NCBI GenBank assembly: GCA_002269645.1
Contig: NIVC01000821.1
Coordinates: 1 to 64,000, forward strand
DNA from: Macrostomum lignano
Taxonomy: Eukaryota
Reading direction: 5' to 3'
DNA: 64,000 bases
Positions 12,801 through 25,100 of this stretch are shown here, piece after piece. Positions within the stretch are counted from its first letter, which is position 1; each line of letters opens with the position of its first letter. The notes under the pieces are model-generated. The model was not told the origin of the DNA and did not search any database. It saw only the letters and a list, made by a program, of their open reading frames with translations. A program made the translations under genes and the position numbers.

Positions 12801-13963
12801 CCGCCTCGTCAAAATTTTCCTCGCCATCTGGGAACTGCTCTTCATCGTCAGCCTCTGCGCCTGCTGCCGCCCCCATCCCTCCGATCTCGTCATCAACGAA
12901 GCCCGGGTTGAAAACGCCTGCAGGACCGGAGAATCCGCCGCCGAGGCCGCTGCTGAAGCCACCACGGTAGCTGCCGATAAAGTCGCCGCCACCAAAGCGA
13001 GGGGCGAAGTCTTCTTCCTCCTCGTTGTCATCCTCCTCTAGATCGATGTCACCGCTCGTGTCGCTCGCCGCAGCCGCCGCAGCCGCCAGCAGAGGCTGTC
13101 GGTCCCTCGACTCCCAGGCTGCGAAGGCCACTGCAGACGCCTCTTCATCCATTGCTTCATCCAGTCCGCTGCCACTGAAGGCGCTGGCGTTGTCGTCAAG
13201 TGAAACCTGATCGCCGTCCATAAGTTCGTTTTGGCGGAAGTCCAAGGAGCCCAGCTTTTGTCGGGCAGCCTCCGCCTCCTCTTCGTCCAGCGAAATTTCG
13301 TCTGCGGAATCTCTGAATTCCTCTTCTTCCGCAGCGTCCGCCTCTGCCTCCGAACCGTCAGATTCCTCCAGCTGCGCTTCCTCCGGCGGCCGGGGACGAC
13401 CTGCGAGCCATTTGGACCGTACATGATTCGTACATGATTCGTACATGATTCGTAAATGATTTGCCACTATCGGCAACATTTGGGCTGTAGCGGTTACAGC
13501 ACTCACTAGTTTTTCCAACATTTAAAAAAGTTTCCTTTCTGAATGCAGACACAATACAGTGAAATGTTCCGAGTAATCCTTAGTTTGGTTCAAGCAACTT
13601 TCAAGTCTACAATACTCAGATGCTAGCGATGTCAATGATTCCTTTAATAAACGTGAGATTTTTATTAGAAAATTTTGTTCAGTTAAAGAATTCGGATAAG
13701 TCTTCTAAGGTGTCAAAGCTAGCTCATACACGGGTTCGGATCTGAACCGGTTGTCTATCATCATCGCTTGGACAACGGACCTTCGAGACCTTCAGCGCAA
13801 TGACAAATACTCAGAGGGACATTTTTAAAGATTAGGAATAAAGATTAGGTCGAGCCCTTGGCTGCTCGAGTCCAGCAGAGTTGGATATTTTACAGCAAAT
13901 TTTCTAAAGCACTTTGCAGCTGCACTTACGAAATGGCGTTGCGTCCAACAGACGACTCAACAT
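9883..13963 (-). CDS. SYT16: Synaptotagmin-14/16 family tandem-C2 protein, no transmembrane segment seen (SYT16-like), ~798 aa, left copy
   Basis: Exons 13963-13930, 13400-12661, 12519-11679, 11419-11217, 10676-10457, 10316-10095, 10019-9883 (2397 nt, in frame). C2A motif AIRFRLYG..LLGE and C2B PELFLGLAYN...IGW..VG...EEALDHWGDMRDSKGEQICNWHVLL match the remembered SYT14/16 C-terminus ([25 protein letters not shown]). The first exon is inferred; SYT14 vs SYT16 cannot be resolved without phylogeny. Confidence 0.85.
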
Positions 13964-15517
13964 GTTGAACTGATGCCGACGGACGCAGCTCAGGGAACTG
14001 CAACTGCAGAAGTGCTGGCTACTGTCGCTGATGTCAAGGACTTGAGCTGCCAATTTAAAACTCAGCTGACGTCAGAAAGCAGCTGCGAGCAGATTTAAAA
14101 CAGGCAGAAGAAATGGCGAATGTGCAATTTTTATAGCGAACTAAGACAGTGAAGAAATGCGAGGCCCCAGCCGCACACGGGGCCCCACGCAGAGAGAGAG
14201 ACACGCCCTGAGCAAAGCATTCTTCTGCATCAGAGCTGCACGGCAGCGGCGGTGCACACTGGCAGCACAGCGGCGCAGTGGATTCTGGCCACAATGACCA
14301 CAGGACAATGTAAAGTCTTCCACTCAAGCGGCGGAGAGAATGTCTATCAAGGGAAAGGGTGTAGAATCAGTCGCAAAGCAAAGTGCCTCTCAGCCCTGAC
14401 CTCATTCTGCTGGTCAACTCAGCTCACTCAGCACCCCTCAGACCCTCTTCTAACAAGCGACAATGAACCGCCTCATATAGATAGATGTGGAGGCTACAAA
14501 CTCTATGCTTGACCGCTGAGTGCGAGCGTACTTGATGCCATTTGTCAGGGACTGGAAACTCCAGCTGGCCCAATTAGTGCTGATAGCAGTTAAATTTTCA
14601 GCTAATTCAACCGCACTGATTTGGTCAGCTGTGAAAGTTTGACGAGCAGTTTGCATCTTTGTCAGTCAAACTACTAACAGTAGACAAATTGGCTGAATGC
14701 CGCAGTAAAACTGGTTGGGGCTGATTTTCAGCCCTGAATTTGTTCAGCGAGTCTGGCCGAGATCGAATTGGCGCTGGGCTTATTAGAAATCGCGTCTGCA
14801 TGGATTTCACCGAACCTTCAGCACTTCGTCTTGTAGGGTACTAATTTTAATTTTACGGGCTCCTATCCTCTTGTCAAGCGAGGGTTTCAGGGATAAATTG
14901 CCGTCCTTGGTGATTGCTAGTCTAGTGATTAGCTTCTGCTAGGGGAGAATCTATTGGCCGAAGTGCATTTTGCTCGCGCCACGGTTGGCTCCCGGGGTTT
15001 TTAGCCAGTGCGACCCTCGTGCAGGCTCCCCCATTGCTCTCCTGCTCAGGCTGTCCTCTCATCCTTCACTGCTTTGAGGTTTTGCCTTGCGATGCAACTG
15101 TACACCCGCCTGTCTCCCGCCTTTCTCCGGCAAGCCGCTAATGCTCTGCTTTAATCTTCTGTGGACTGGAAAATGCTTGAAGCGCTGTCTAACTAGGGGG
15201 CCACACTTCCTGCTTCACAGAGTGCGAGCTCAAGCAACTCGGGGGTTCCTGACTGGCATTGTTTTCCATAAGCTTCTAGGTGAGAGTGGCCAGATCCAGC
15301 ACTTTGAGCACTGCAGCTGTGCAGCAAATCCCCATTCGATCCCTTCCTCGCCTCCCCTGCCCACCGTCCACCCAGTTGCTTCCCGTCTTCCCCGCTCCCT
15401 CTGTCTCCCCACGCCTTAAGTCAGGGCCTGCACTGATTAAAGTTGAAAGGCACAGGAGACTCGGAGAGACTCGGTGCGGTGAAGTCAAACAGACCTCTTC
15501 ATCAACAAGTCTGGGCA

Positions 15518-18500
15518 ATGGACTCGGGACCGTCTTCTGAGCAGCAGGGGAGGCTGGAGAAATCTGAGAGGGATGAGAAATCATCAGTTCCTGCCGCATC
15601 ATCACCAGCCTCATCAAACCGTCTGGCGGGAATACGGAAGCTGGAGAAGTGAGGCTTTGCTTCATCATCTTTTGCATCCTGTTTCGTAAAATTCCAAGAG
15701 TTTGCATTCCAAGATTTTAATTAGTTAAACAGCCTGCCTATTGCATGAGTCAATGCTCTGCGAGTCACCTTGCTGCAGTCAATGCAGCATTCAATAATAA
15801 TATCCTTGAGCAAAGCGGAGCCATGCAACTCAACTGAAAGCATCTCCTGCAAAGGTTATAATTAGTCTTCTATAGCTGCAGTCGGTGCACCTGCGGGGGC
15901 AACCTGCTGCTCGGCCTTCGAACAGGTGGCCTGTCAAAACCTGAATTTATTTCTTGCTGCTGAGCAGTGGTTTGCTGATTATGGCTGTGCAGTGGCGTGA
16001 CTGACTTGACCTCACTCCAGTGTTCTGAGTTTGACGCCTACCTGAAAGCCGGACTCCCCCCAACCTGCCGCTCAGGAAAGACAGCTGCGGCGATCTGCAG
16101 AGCCGACTGAAAACCCGGAAGCTGCTTGGTGTTGGCGAGACGGACGACGGCGACGTGCACCGGTCGAAGCTCAGCCAGATCTTGGGGCACAGCGAGCAGC
16201 TGTATCTGCGCCTCCCCTGGCCCGTCAGGGCCTACCAGCTGACCGCGGCTGCCGCTCTGGCCGGCTTTGGAATCTCCGTGAGTTCCGCGGCCACGCGGCT
16301 GATCGCCCTGCAAGAACTTTGCTGGTAAAAATAGAAACAGCTTTGGTGAAAACGGCTCTTCGGCACAAATGCATTAGCGGGGTACCAGATCCTTTACCAA
16401 CATACGACTTAATAGCAATCTTGTAGCTATTCGAGCCTTAGATGCCTATAATGCAGCTCGCCATTTGGGGGTCAGGAATAAAGTGGTCAATCTATTGTAG
16501 TCAAACTAGACCAGGCATGCCCTGATGGCAAGCATCGGCCTTTTTGTATACGAGTAGATCTTCCATGATTTTTCCTTTTGCTGCATCCTCTTTCAAAGAA
16601 TTACTTGGCTCTTGCTAATACTTTTATGCTTGTCTTTGCGCAGTGAGGGATGAGGCACAGAACTAGAGAGTGGTTTAAAGAGTATCCGCCACCTCCCTGC
16701 AACTCGGGCCGTAGGAACAGTGCGAGCCGACGCGTGGGCCGTCGAACGCACTTTTGCGATCCCCAGCCGAAGAGGGCCTTCCGGCACAGCCGGGATGTGG
16801 GATTCGGGATAATTTCCCGTGCGCTACTCCCCTGCTTCATCGGCGAGCTTCTGCGAGCGCCGAAGAACAAAGCTGCTGCAATCCTGTACGTTTTCTCTTC
16901 TCTCAAACAGATCGACTTTCCGTAACAGAAAACCCCAGGCAAACGGAGACTGAGGGAGGATGCTGAGCAAACTGCAGCGATGATGAGCCGAGAGGAAGAG
17001 GGCAGGGGAGACTGAGGGAGGTGTAGTCAGTCGCTGTAGCGAACCCAGGGAAGCCTCTATGAGGCCGAACTCGGATCCGTGCCAGGCCTGATGGAGAAGT
17101 CATGCTCAGCCTCCTCCTCATCCCCATCTCATTTGCAGGCCTGCGTCAGGCCGGGACTGGCGCTCGGAGCGGCCGGAGAGGCGGGACTGCCGGCCAGGCT
17201 GTGCGGCGGAGGCTGCATCAGTGAGTAGCCGAGATGCAGGGATGAGTTGCAGCCGTGTTGGCCGAGCACTTACTGAGTGATCGCTGCCAGCTGAGCTGTA
17301 AACATCCCTATCGCGAACCCTGACCAATCACTGAGTGATTGCTGCCAGCTGAGCTGTAAACATCCCTATCGCGAACCCTGACCAATCACTGAGTGATTGC
17401 TGCCAGCTGAGCTGTAAACATCCCTATCGCGAACCCTGACCAATCACTGAGTGATCGCTGCAAGCTGAGCTGTAAACATCCCTATCGCGAACCCTGACCA
17501 ATCACTGAGTGATTGCTGCCAGCTGAGCTGTAAACATCCCTATCGCGAACCCTGACCAATCACTGAGTGATCGCTGCAAGCTGAGCTGTAAACATCCCTA
17601 TCGCGAACCCTGACCAATCACTGAGTGATTGCTGCCAGCTGAGCTGTAAACATCCCTATCGCGAACCCTGACCAATCACTGAGTGATCGCTGCCAGCTGA
17701 GCTGTAAACATCCCTATCGCGAACCCTGACCAATCACTGAGTGATTGCTGCCAGCTGAGCTGTAAACATCCCTATCGCGAACCCTGACCAATCACTGAGT
17801 GATCGCTGCCAGCTGAGCTGTAAACATCCCTATCGCGAACCCTGACCAATCACTGAGTGATCGCTGCCAGCTGAGCTGTAAACATCCCTATCGCGAACCC
17901 TGACCAATCACTGAGTGATTGCTGCCAGCTGAGCTGTAAACATCCCTATCGCGAACCCTGACCAATCACTGAGTGATCGCTGCCAACTGAGCTGTAAACA
18001 TCCCTATCGCGAACCCTGACCAATCACTGAGTGATCGCTGCCAGCTGAGCGGTAAACATCCCTATTGCAACCCCTGACCAATCTTTGTGACGGCATTTCC
18101 TTAGCTCAGATATAGCTAAATCTATCTCATTATTCTATCTCAATTTCGAGCTGCCAACCGAGTGATGAATTCATTGTTGCTTCGAGCGTACGAGCGTAGA
18201 TTGTGGCAAACTGTTTGAAAGCACTGGAAATGCGTAAACCTTGATGTAAAACTTCTGCTTGTTCAACCTTAATGCAGCCTCCAAATCAGGTGCTGCTCAC
18301 GCTGGTCCCTGAGCGTGGCCGCCTTGCTCAGGCGGCAGTAAGCAGGGCTTCGGATAAAGGCAGGTCCGCCTCCACTCTGCATGGCAAGGAGAGACGGGCC
18401 GATCAGCTCAGTCTGACGTGTCTGGGGAAGCTGAGAGCTGCAGATCCACGCCCATCGCTAATTTGATGAAGAGCTCAATCAGGGACGAGATGCGGCTAAT

Positions 18501-21125
18501 GCACCCAGCATCCGCCTGCATCTGTCTCTACTCCAAATTACTCGCCCCAAAGCAAGCGGCGCCGCCTTCGCTATGAAGCTCAATTTCCTTCCTCCCCTCA
18601 GCCGTGGCCTTCGTGCTGTGGCTGGCCTGGCGCTCCGAAGACCGCGAAGTGGTGCGCCTGTCCCTGACGGCGGCCGCCGCCCACTCCGCCGTGCAGCTGC
18701 TGGGTGAGTGGACGAGGGGAGTCCTTCCTGGAGCCATGGGGACAGGGAGATCCTCCCGGCTCTTGCTACACTCAAGCAAATGTGCAAGCAGAAAATTCCA
18801 GTCTTTATCACTCTTCAAACTTCTGCTCACCTCTGGTCGCAACCCCCTCTAAGCCCCCTCACTGTCCGCCTCAGCCCCTCAATCTGTTATCTGTCTCTCA
18901 GCCCCTCAATCTGTTATCTGTCTCTCAACCCCAACTCTGTTGTCTGTCTCTCAGCCCCCCACTCTGTTATCTGTCTCTCAGCCCCCACTCTGTTATCTGT
19001 CTCTCAGCCCCCACTCTGTTATCTGTCTCTCAGCCCCCCACTGTCCGCCTCAGCCCCTCAATCTGTTATCTGTATCTCAGCCGCTCAATCTGTCTCTCAG
19101 CCCCCACTCTGTTGTCTGTCTCTCAGCCCCCCACTCTGTTATCTGTCTCTCAGCCCCCCACTGTCCGCCTCAGCCCCTCAATCTGTTATCTGTCTCTCAG
19201 CCCCCCACTCTGTTGTCTGTCTTTCAGCCCCCCACTCTGTTATCTGTCTCTCAGCCCCCCACTGTCCGCCTCAGCCCCTCAATCTGTTATCTGTATCTCA
19301 GCCCCCCACTCTGTTGTCTGTCTTTCAGCCCCCCACTCTGTTGTCTGTCTCTCAGCCCCTCAATCTGTTTCTCAGCCCCCCACTCTGTTGTCTGTCTTTC
19401 AGCCCCTCAATCTCTTTCAGCCCCTCAATCTGTCTCTCAGCCCTTCAATCTGTCTCTCAGCCTCTCAATCTGTTTCTCAGCCCCCCACTCTGTTGTCTGT
19501 CTTTCAGCCCCTCAATCTGTCTTTCAGCCCCTCAATCTGTCTCTCAGCCCTTCAATCTGTCTCTCAGCCGCTCAATCTGTTTCTCAGCTCCCCACTCTGT
19601 TGTCTGTCTTTCAGCCCCTCAATCTGTCTCTCAGCCCTTCAATCTGTCTCTCAGCCCCTCAATCTGTCTCTCAGCCCCTAAATATTTCTCTCAGCCCCTA
19701 AATATTTCTCTCAGCCCCTCAATCCGTCTTTTAGTCTGTTTCTCAGCCCCTTGAAGTATCTCAGCCCCTTGAAGTATCTCATCCCCAAACCCAGCGCTGC
19801 CAGCAAGGCGGCTCAGGATTTTCATTTCCGCCCGCACAATCTCCAATGCCCGGAGCTCAAAGCCAGCTAGATAAGATGAACCGGCAGCTCAGTTCAAAGC
19901 CACCCCCTGTGCTGGCTGCAGGTGAGCAGTTGAACTCAAGACCTAACAGCCTTCTCGATTTGCAGCTGCCCTAGTGAATCGAACTTGCATGCCACTGGGC
20001 CTAATGAAGCATCCAATCCCTACTCAGATCCCAGCTCAGCCTCGCTGCTCTCTCATTTCACCGCTTCGAGATTTCCTGACTGACTCGCCTGAACCGAGTC
20101 TTCAAAGCCACCAAATCGATTTTAACTGGTCGGCACGTTCCGACTAGCATTCCTGTTAGCTCAAAATGGGCAGAACACAGTTGAGTTCTTGGAGTTCCTA
20201 GAATTGGAATGTCGTGGAAGAAGGTGGGGGAGAAAGGACAGTCAGGGAAGTAGGTTGGTGAGCAGAGTTGGGAAAGCATTCGGAGTGGTGAATATGGGGG
20301 AGTCTCGGATGATGGCGGGAGAGATGGGGAGTTTGGGAAGAAGGCGGGGGAGATGGGGAGGGAGTCTGGGAAGAAGGCGGGGGAGATGGGGAGGGAGTCT
20401 GGGAAGAAGGCGGGAGAGATGGGGAGGGAGTCTGGGAAGAAGGCGGGCGAGATGGGGAGGGAGTCTGGGAAGAAGCCGGGAGAGATGGGGAGGGAGTCTG
20501 GGAAGAAGCCGGGAGAGATGGGGAGGGAGTCTGGGAAGAAGGCGGGGGAGATGGGGAGGGAGTCTGGGAAGAAGGCGGGAGAGATGGGGAGGGAGTCTGG
20601 GAAGAAGGCGGGAGAGATGGGGAGGGAGTCTGGGAAGAAGGCGGGGGAGATGGGAGGGAGTCTGGGAAGAAGCCGGGAGAGATGGGGAGGGAGTCTGGGA
20701 AGAAGCCGGGAGAGATGGGGAGTCCGGGAAGAAGCCGGGAGAGATGGGAGTCCGGGAAGAAGCCGGGAGAGATAGGGAGTCTGGGAAAACAATCCAATTA
20801 GGAATCGAGCTGGAATTGTAGGGACCGGAGAGCAGGTACAATGTTGCTGAAGGCGCCCTCACCGCCCGCAGTGCCGCTCTGCTCAGCAGTCCTGGGCGCC
20901 GCTTGTCCGCCGCTGCCGGCACCGCGCCAGTCGCTGTGGCTTGCGGCCATGCGGCTGGTCTGGCGGGCGGGCCTGCTCTGCCTGCGCAGCGGCCGCCACA
21001 GTCTGCGCCGCCACCCGCACAAGCCGCAGCAACAGCAGGCGGAGCAGCCGCGGCCAAACAATCAGCTGCTGGAAGGCTGGCAGAGAGGCGGTTTTGCACA
21101 GGGAGACTGCAAAAAGCAGCAGTAA
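15518..21125 (+). CDS. TP53I11: Tumour protein p53-inducible protein 11 (PIG11)-like membrane protein, ~265 aa, left copy
   Basis: Exons 15518-15648 (inferred), 16049-16277, 17139-17220, 18602-18703, 20872-21125 (798 nt). DLQSRLKTRKLLGVGETDDGDVHRSKLSQILG matches remembered human [40 protein letters not shown] resembles PIRLYGG, and the 102-nt exon VAFVLWLAW...AVQLL aligns without gaps to ISLIMWNAL...GVQFL. This gene is missed by the ORF track. Confidence 0.9.
17271..18082. repeat. 58-bp tandem repeat, ~14 copies, TP53I11 intron 3
   Basis: Unit CACTGAGTGATCGCTGCCAGCTGAGCTGTAAACATCCCTATCGCGAACCCTGACCAAT. Confidence 0.95.
18850..19790. repeat. Degenerate C/T-rich minisatellite (CTCAGCCCC/CTCAATCTGT/CCACTCTGTTATCTGT modules), TP53I11 intron 4
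   Basis: Variable-length tandem modules seen directly. Confidence 0.9.
20325..20788. repeat. 33-bp purine/G-rich tandem repeat AAGGCGGG(A/G)GAGATGGGGAGGGAGTCTGGGAAG, TP53I11 intron 4
   Basis: Period 33 seen directly (20341 to 20374). Confidence 0.92.
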
Positions 21126-21392
21126 ACGATTCCCAACGACCAAGGACTGCGGTCCATATCCGTCTAGAAGTCCTTGTTTCTGCTTGTAGTAAAGGCTGAA
21201 CGTCTCTGCCGACTAGACGTGAAACTGTTCATACGAGCAGGTCATCAGTATAATTTTCACTATTAACTACTTTTTCTTATTATTAGCCGTTGCTACGAGC
21301 TTAGTGGTTTGTTGTAAGAAAAGTAAAGCTAATTTTTGCCGCTCTAAAAATTTCGTTACTGTGGGGCTGCATCCCGTGCGCAAGTCAGTGAT

Positions 21393-21747
21393 NNNNNNNN
21401 NNNNNNNNNNNNNNNNNNNNNNNNNNNNNNNNNNNNNNNNNNNNNNNNNNNNNNNNNNNNNNNNNNNNNNNNNNNNNNNNNNNNNNNNNNNNNNNNNNNN
21501 NNNNNNNNNNNNNNNNNNNNNNNNNNNNNNNNNNNNNNNNNNNNNNNNNNNNNNNNNNNNNNNNNNNNNNNNNNNNNNNNNNNNNNNNNNNNNNNNNNNN
21601 NNNNNNNNNNNNNNNNNNNNNNNNNNNNNNNNNNNNNNNNNNNNNNNNNNNNNNNNNNNNNNNNNNNNNNNNNNNNNNNNNNNNNNNNNNNNNNNNNNNN
21701 NNNNNNNNNNNNNNNNNNNNNNNNNNNNNNNNNNNNNNNNNNNNNNN
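21393..21747. other. Assembly gap (355 N) at the centre of the inverted repeat, followed by 186 bp unpaired sequence (21748-21933)
   Basis: Run of N seen directly. Confidence 1.
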
Positions 21748-22199
21748 AAAATTTTCAATTGCTCACTGCTCCGCAGAATAAATGAAGTTTTAAAAGTCCG
21801 GAACTGTTTGAGAAGCAGATTCTGGTGGCACGATACAATAAATATTGCAATACGAAAACGTGTACTTTTACATCGAGAAACTGAACGTGATTATTGCAGC
21901 TGGGAAAGCAATTAATGGGTCGCAAAGAAACCCATCACTGACTTGCGCACGGGATGCAGCCCCAGTAACCGAAATTTTTAGAGCGGCAAAAATTAGCTTT
22001 ACTTTTCTACAACAAACCACTAAGCTCGTAGCAACGGCTAATAAATAAGAAAAAGTAGTTAATAGTGAAAATTATACTGATGACCTGCTCGTATGAACAG
22101 TTTCACGTCTAGTCGGCAGAGACGTTCAGCCTTTACTACAAGCAGAAACAAGGACTTCTAGACGGATATGGACCGCAGTCCTTGGTCGTTGGGAATCGT

Positions 22200-25100
22200 T
22201 TACTGCTGCTTTTTGCAGTCTCCCTGTGCAAAACCGCCTCTCTGCCAGCCTTCCAGCAGCTGATTGTTTGGCCGCGGCTGCTCCGCCTGCTGTTGCTGCG
22301 GCTTGTGCGGGTGGCGGCGCAGACTGTGGCGGCCGCTGCGCAGGCAGAGCAGCCCGCCCGCCAGACCAGCCGCATGGCCCGCAAGCCACAGCGACTGGCG
22401 CGGTGCCGGCAGCGGCGGACAAGCGGCGCCCAGGACTGCTGAGCAGAGCGGCACTGCGGGCGGTGAGGGCGCCTTCAGCAACATTGTACCTGCTCTCCGG
22501 TCCCTACAATTCCAGCTCGATTCCTAATTGGATTGTTTTCCCAGACTCCCTATCTCTCCCGGCTTCTTCCCGGACTCCCCATCTCTCCCGGCTTCTTCCC
22601 GGACTCCCCATCTCTCCCGGCTTCTTCCCAGACTCCCTCCCCATCTCTCCCGGCTTCTTCCCAGACTCCCTCCCCATCTCCCCCGCCTTCTTCCCAGACT
22701 CCCTCCCCATCTCTCCCGCCTTCTTCCCAGACTCCCTCCCCATCTCTCCCGCCTTCTTCCCAGACTCCCTCCCCATCTCCCCGCCTTCTTCCAGACTCCC
22801 TCCCCATCTCTCCCGGCTTCTTCCCAGACTCCCTCCCCATCTCTCCCGGCTTCTTCCCAGACTCCCTCCCCATCTCGCCCGCCTTCTTCCCAGACTCCCT
22901 CCCCATCTCTCCCGCCTTCTTCCCAGACTCCCTCCCCATCTCCCCCGCCTTCTTCCCAGACTCCCTCCCCATCTCCCCCGCCTTCTTCCCAAACTCCCCA
23001 TCTCTCCCGCCATCATCCGAGACTCCCCCATATTCACCACTCCGAATGCTTTCCCAACTCTGCTCACCAACCTACTTCCCTGACTGTCCTTTCTCCCCCA
23101 CCTTCTTCCACGACATTCCAATTCTAGGAACTCCAAGAACTCAACTGTGTTCTGCCCATTTTGAGCTAACAGGAATGCTAGTCGGAACGTGCCGACCAGT
23201 TAAAATCGATTTGGTGGCTTTGAAGACTCGGTTCAGGCGAGTCAGTCAGGAAATCTCGAAGCGGTGAAATGAGAGAGCAGCGAGGCTGAGCTGGGATCTG
23301 AGTAGGGATTGGATGCTTCATTAGGCCCAGTGGCATGCAAGTTCGATTCACTAGGGCAGCTGCAAATCGAGAAGGCTGTTAGGTCTTGAGTTCAACTGCT
23401 CACCTGCAGCCAGCACAGGGGGTGGCTTTGAACTGAGCTGCCGGTTCATCTTATCTAGCTGGCTTTGAGCTCCGGGCATTGGAGATTGTGCGGGCGGAAA
23501 TGAAAATCCTGAGCCGCCTTGCTGGCAGCGCTGGGTTTGGGGATGAGATACTTCAAGGGGCTGAGATACTTCAAGGGGCTGAGAAACAGACTAAAAGACG
23601 GATTGAGGGGCTGAGAGAAATATTTAGGGGCTGAGAGAAATATTTAGGGGCTGAGAGACAGATTGAGGGGCTGAGAGACAGATTGAAGGGCTGAGAGACA
23701 GATTGAGGGGCTGAAAGACAGACAACAGAGTGGGGAGCTGAGAAACAGATTGAGCGGCTGAGAGACAGATTGAAGGGCTGAGAGACAGATTGAGGGGCTG
23801 AAAGACAGATTGAGGGGCTGAAAGACAGACAACAGAGTGGGGGGCTGAGAAACAGATTGAGAGGCTGAGAGACAGATTGAAGGGCTGAGAGACAGATTGA
23901 GGGGCTGAAAGAGATTGAGGGGCTGAAAGACAGACAACAGAGTGGGGGGCTGAGAAACAGATTGAGGGGCTGAGAGACAGACAACAGAGTGGGGGGCTGA
24001 AAGACAGACAACAGAGTGGGGGGCTGAGATACAGATAACAGATTGAGGGGCTGAGGCGGACAGTGGGGGGCTGAGAGACAGATAACAGAGTGGGGGGCTG
24101 AAAGACAGACAACAGAGTGGGGGGCTGAGAGACAGATAACAGATTGAGGGGCTGAGGCGGACAGTGGGGGGCTGAGAGACAGATAACAGAGTGGGGGGCT
24201 GAGAGACAGACAACAGAGTGGGGGCTGAGAGACAGATTGAGCGGCTGAGATACAGATAACAGATTGAGGGGCTGAGGCGGACAGTGGGGGGCTGAGAGAC
24301 AGATAACAGAGTGGGGGGCTGAGAGACAGATAACAGAGTGGGGGGCTGAGAGACAGATAACAGAGTGGGGGGCTGAGAGACAGACAACAGAGTTGGGGTT
24401 GAGAGACAGATAACAGATTGAGGGGCTGAGAGACAGATAACAGATTGAGGGGCTGAGGCGGACAGTGAGGGGGCTTAGAGGGGGTTGCGACCAGAGGTGA
24501 GCAGAAGTTTGAAGAGTGATAAAGACTGGAATTTTCTGCTTGCACATTTGCTTGAGTGTAGCAAGAGCCGGGAGGATCTCCCTGTCCCCATGGCTCCAGG
24601 AAGGACTCCCCTCGTCCACTCACCCAGCAGCTGCACGGCGGAGTGGGCGGCGGCCGCCGTCAGGGACAGGCGCACCACTTCGCGGTCTTCGGAGCGCCAG
24701 GCCAGCCACAGCACGAAGGCCACGGCTGAGGGGAGGAAGGAAATTGAGCTTCATAGCGAAGGCGGCGCCGCTTGCTTTGGGGCGAGTAATTTGGAGTAGA
24801 GACAGATGCAGGCGGATGCTGGGTGCATTAGCCGCATCTCGTCCCTGATTGAGCTCTTCATCAAATTAGCGATGGGCGTGGATCTGCAGCTCTCAGCTTC
24901 CCCAGACACGTCAGACTGAGCTGATCGGCCCGTCTCTCCTTGCCATGCAGAGTGGAGGCGGACCTGCCTTTATCCGAAGCCCTGCTTACTGCCGCCTGAG
25001 CAAGGCGGCCACGCTCAGGGACCAGCGTGAGCAGCACCTGATTTGGAGGCTGCATTAAGGTTGAACAAGCAGAAGTTTTACATCAAGGTTTACGCATTTC

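Larger units (their letters stand above)
1242..21392 (+). repeat. Left arm of ~20 kb inverted repeat (partner 21934-41916)
   Basis: ORF track and sequence mirror each other (e.g. 7391-7912+ = 35544-36065-, 11668-12495- = 30832-31659+, 16038-16313- = 27014-27289+). Left end ...CAAGTCAGTGAT is the reverse complement of ATCACTGACTTG starting at 21934. Confidence 0.97.

Noticed and set aside
15276-15707. 143-aa ORF as an upstream synaptotagmin exon (mirror 27620-28051)
   Set aside because: No recognisable similarity; it overlaps the more plausible first TP53I11 exon on the other strand.
16038-16313. 91-aa ORF on minus with apparent splice sites (mirror 27014-27289)
   Set aside because: Antisense shadow of TP53I11 exon 2, whose sense frame carries the conserved SRLKTRK motif.
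17271-18082. CRISPR-like array with a palindromic repeat
   Set aside because: No variable spacers; an ordinary 58-bp minisatellite.
18704-19754. 250-350 aa ORFs (also 23571-24623)
   Set aside because: Stop-free frames of a low-complexity intronic array.
20058-21099. 200-285 aa ORFs in several frames (also 22226-23267)
   Set aside because: Produced by the 33-bp array plus the antisense of the last TP53I11 exon.
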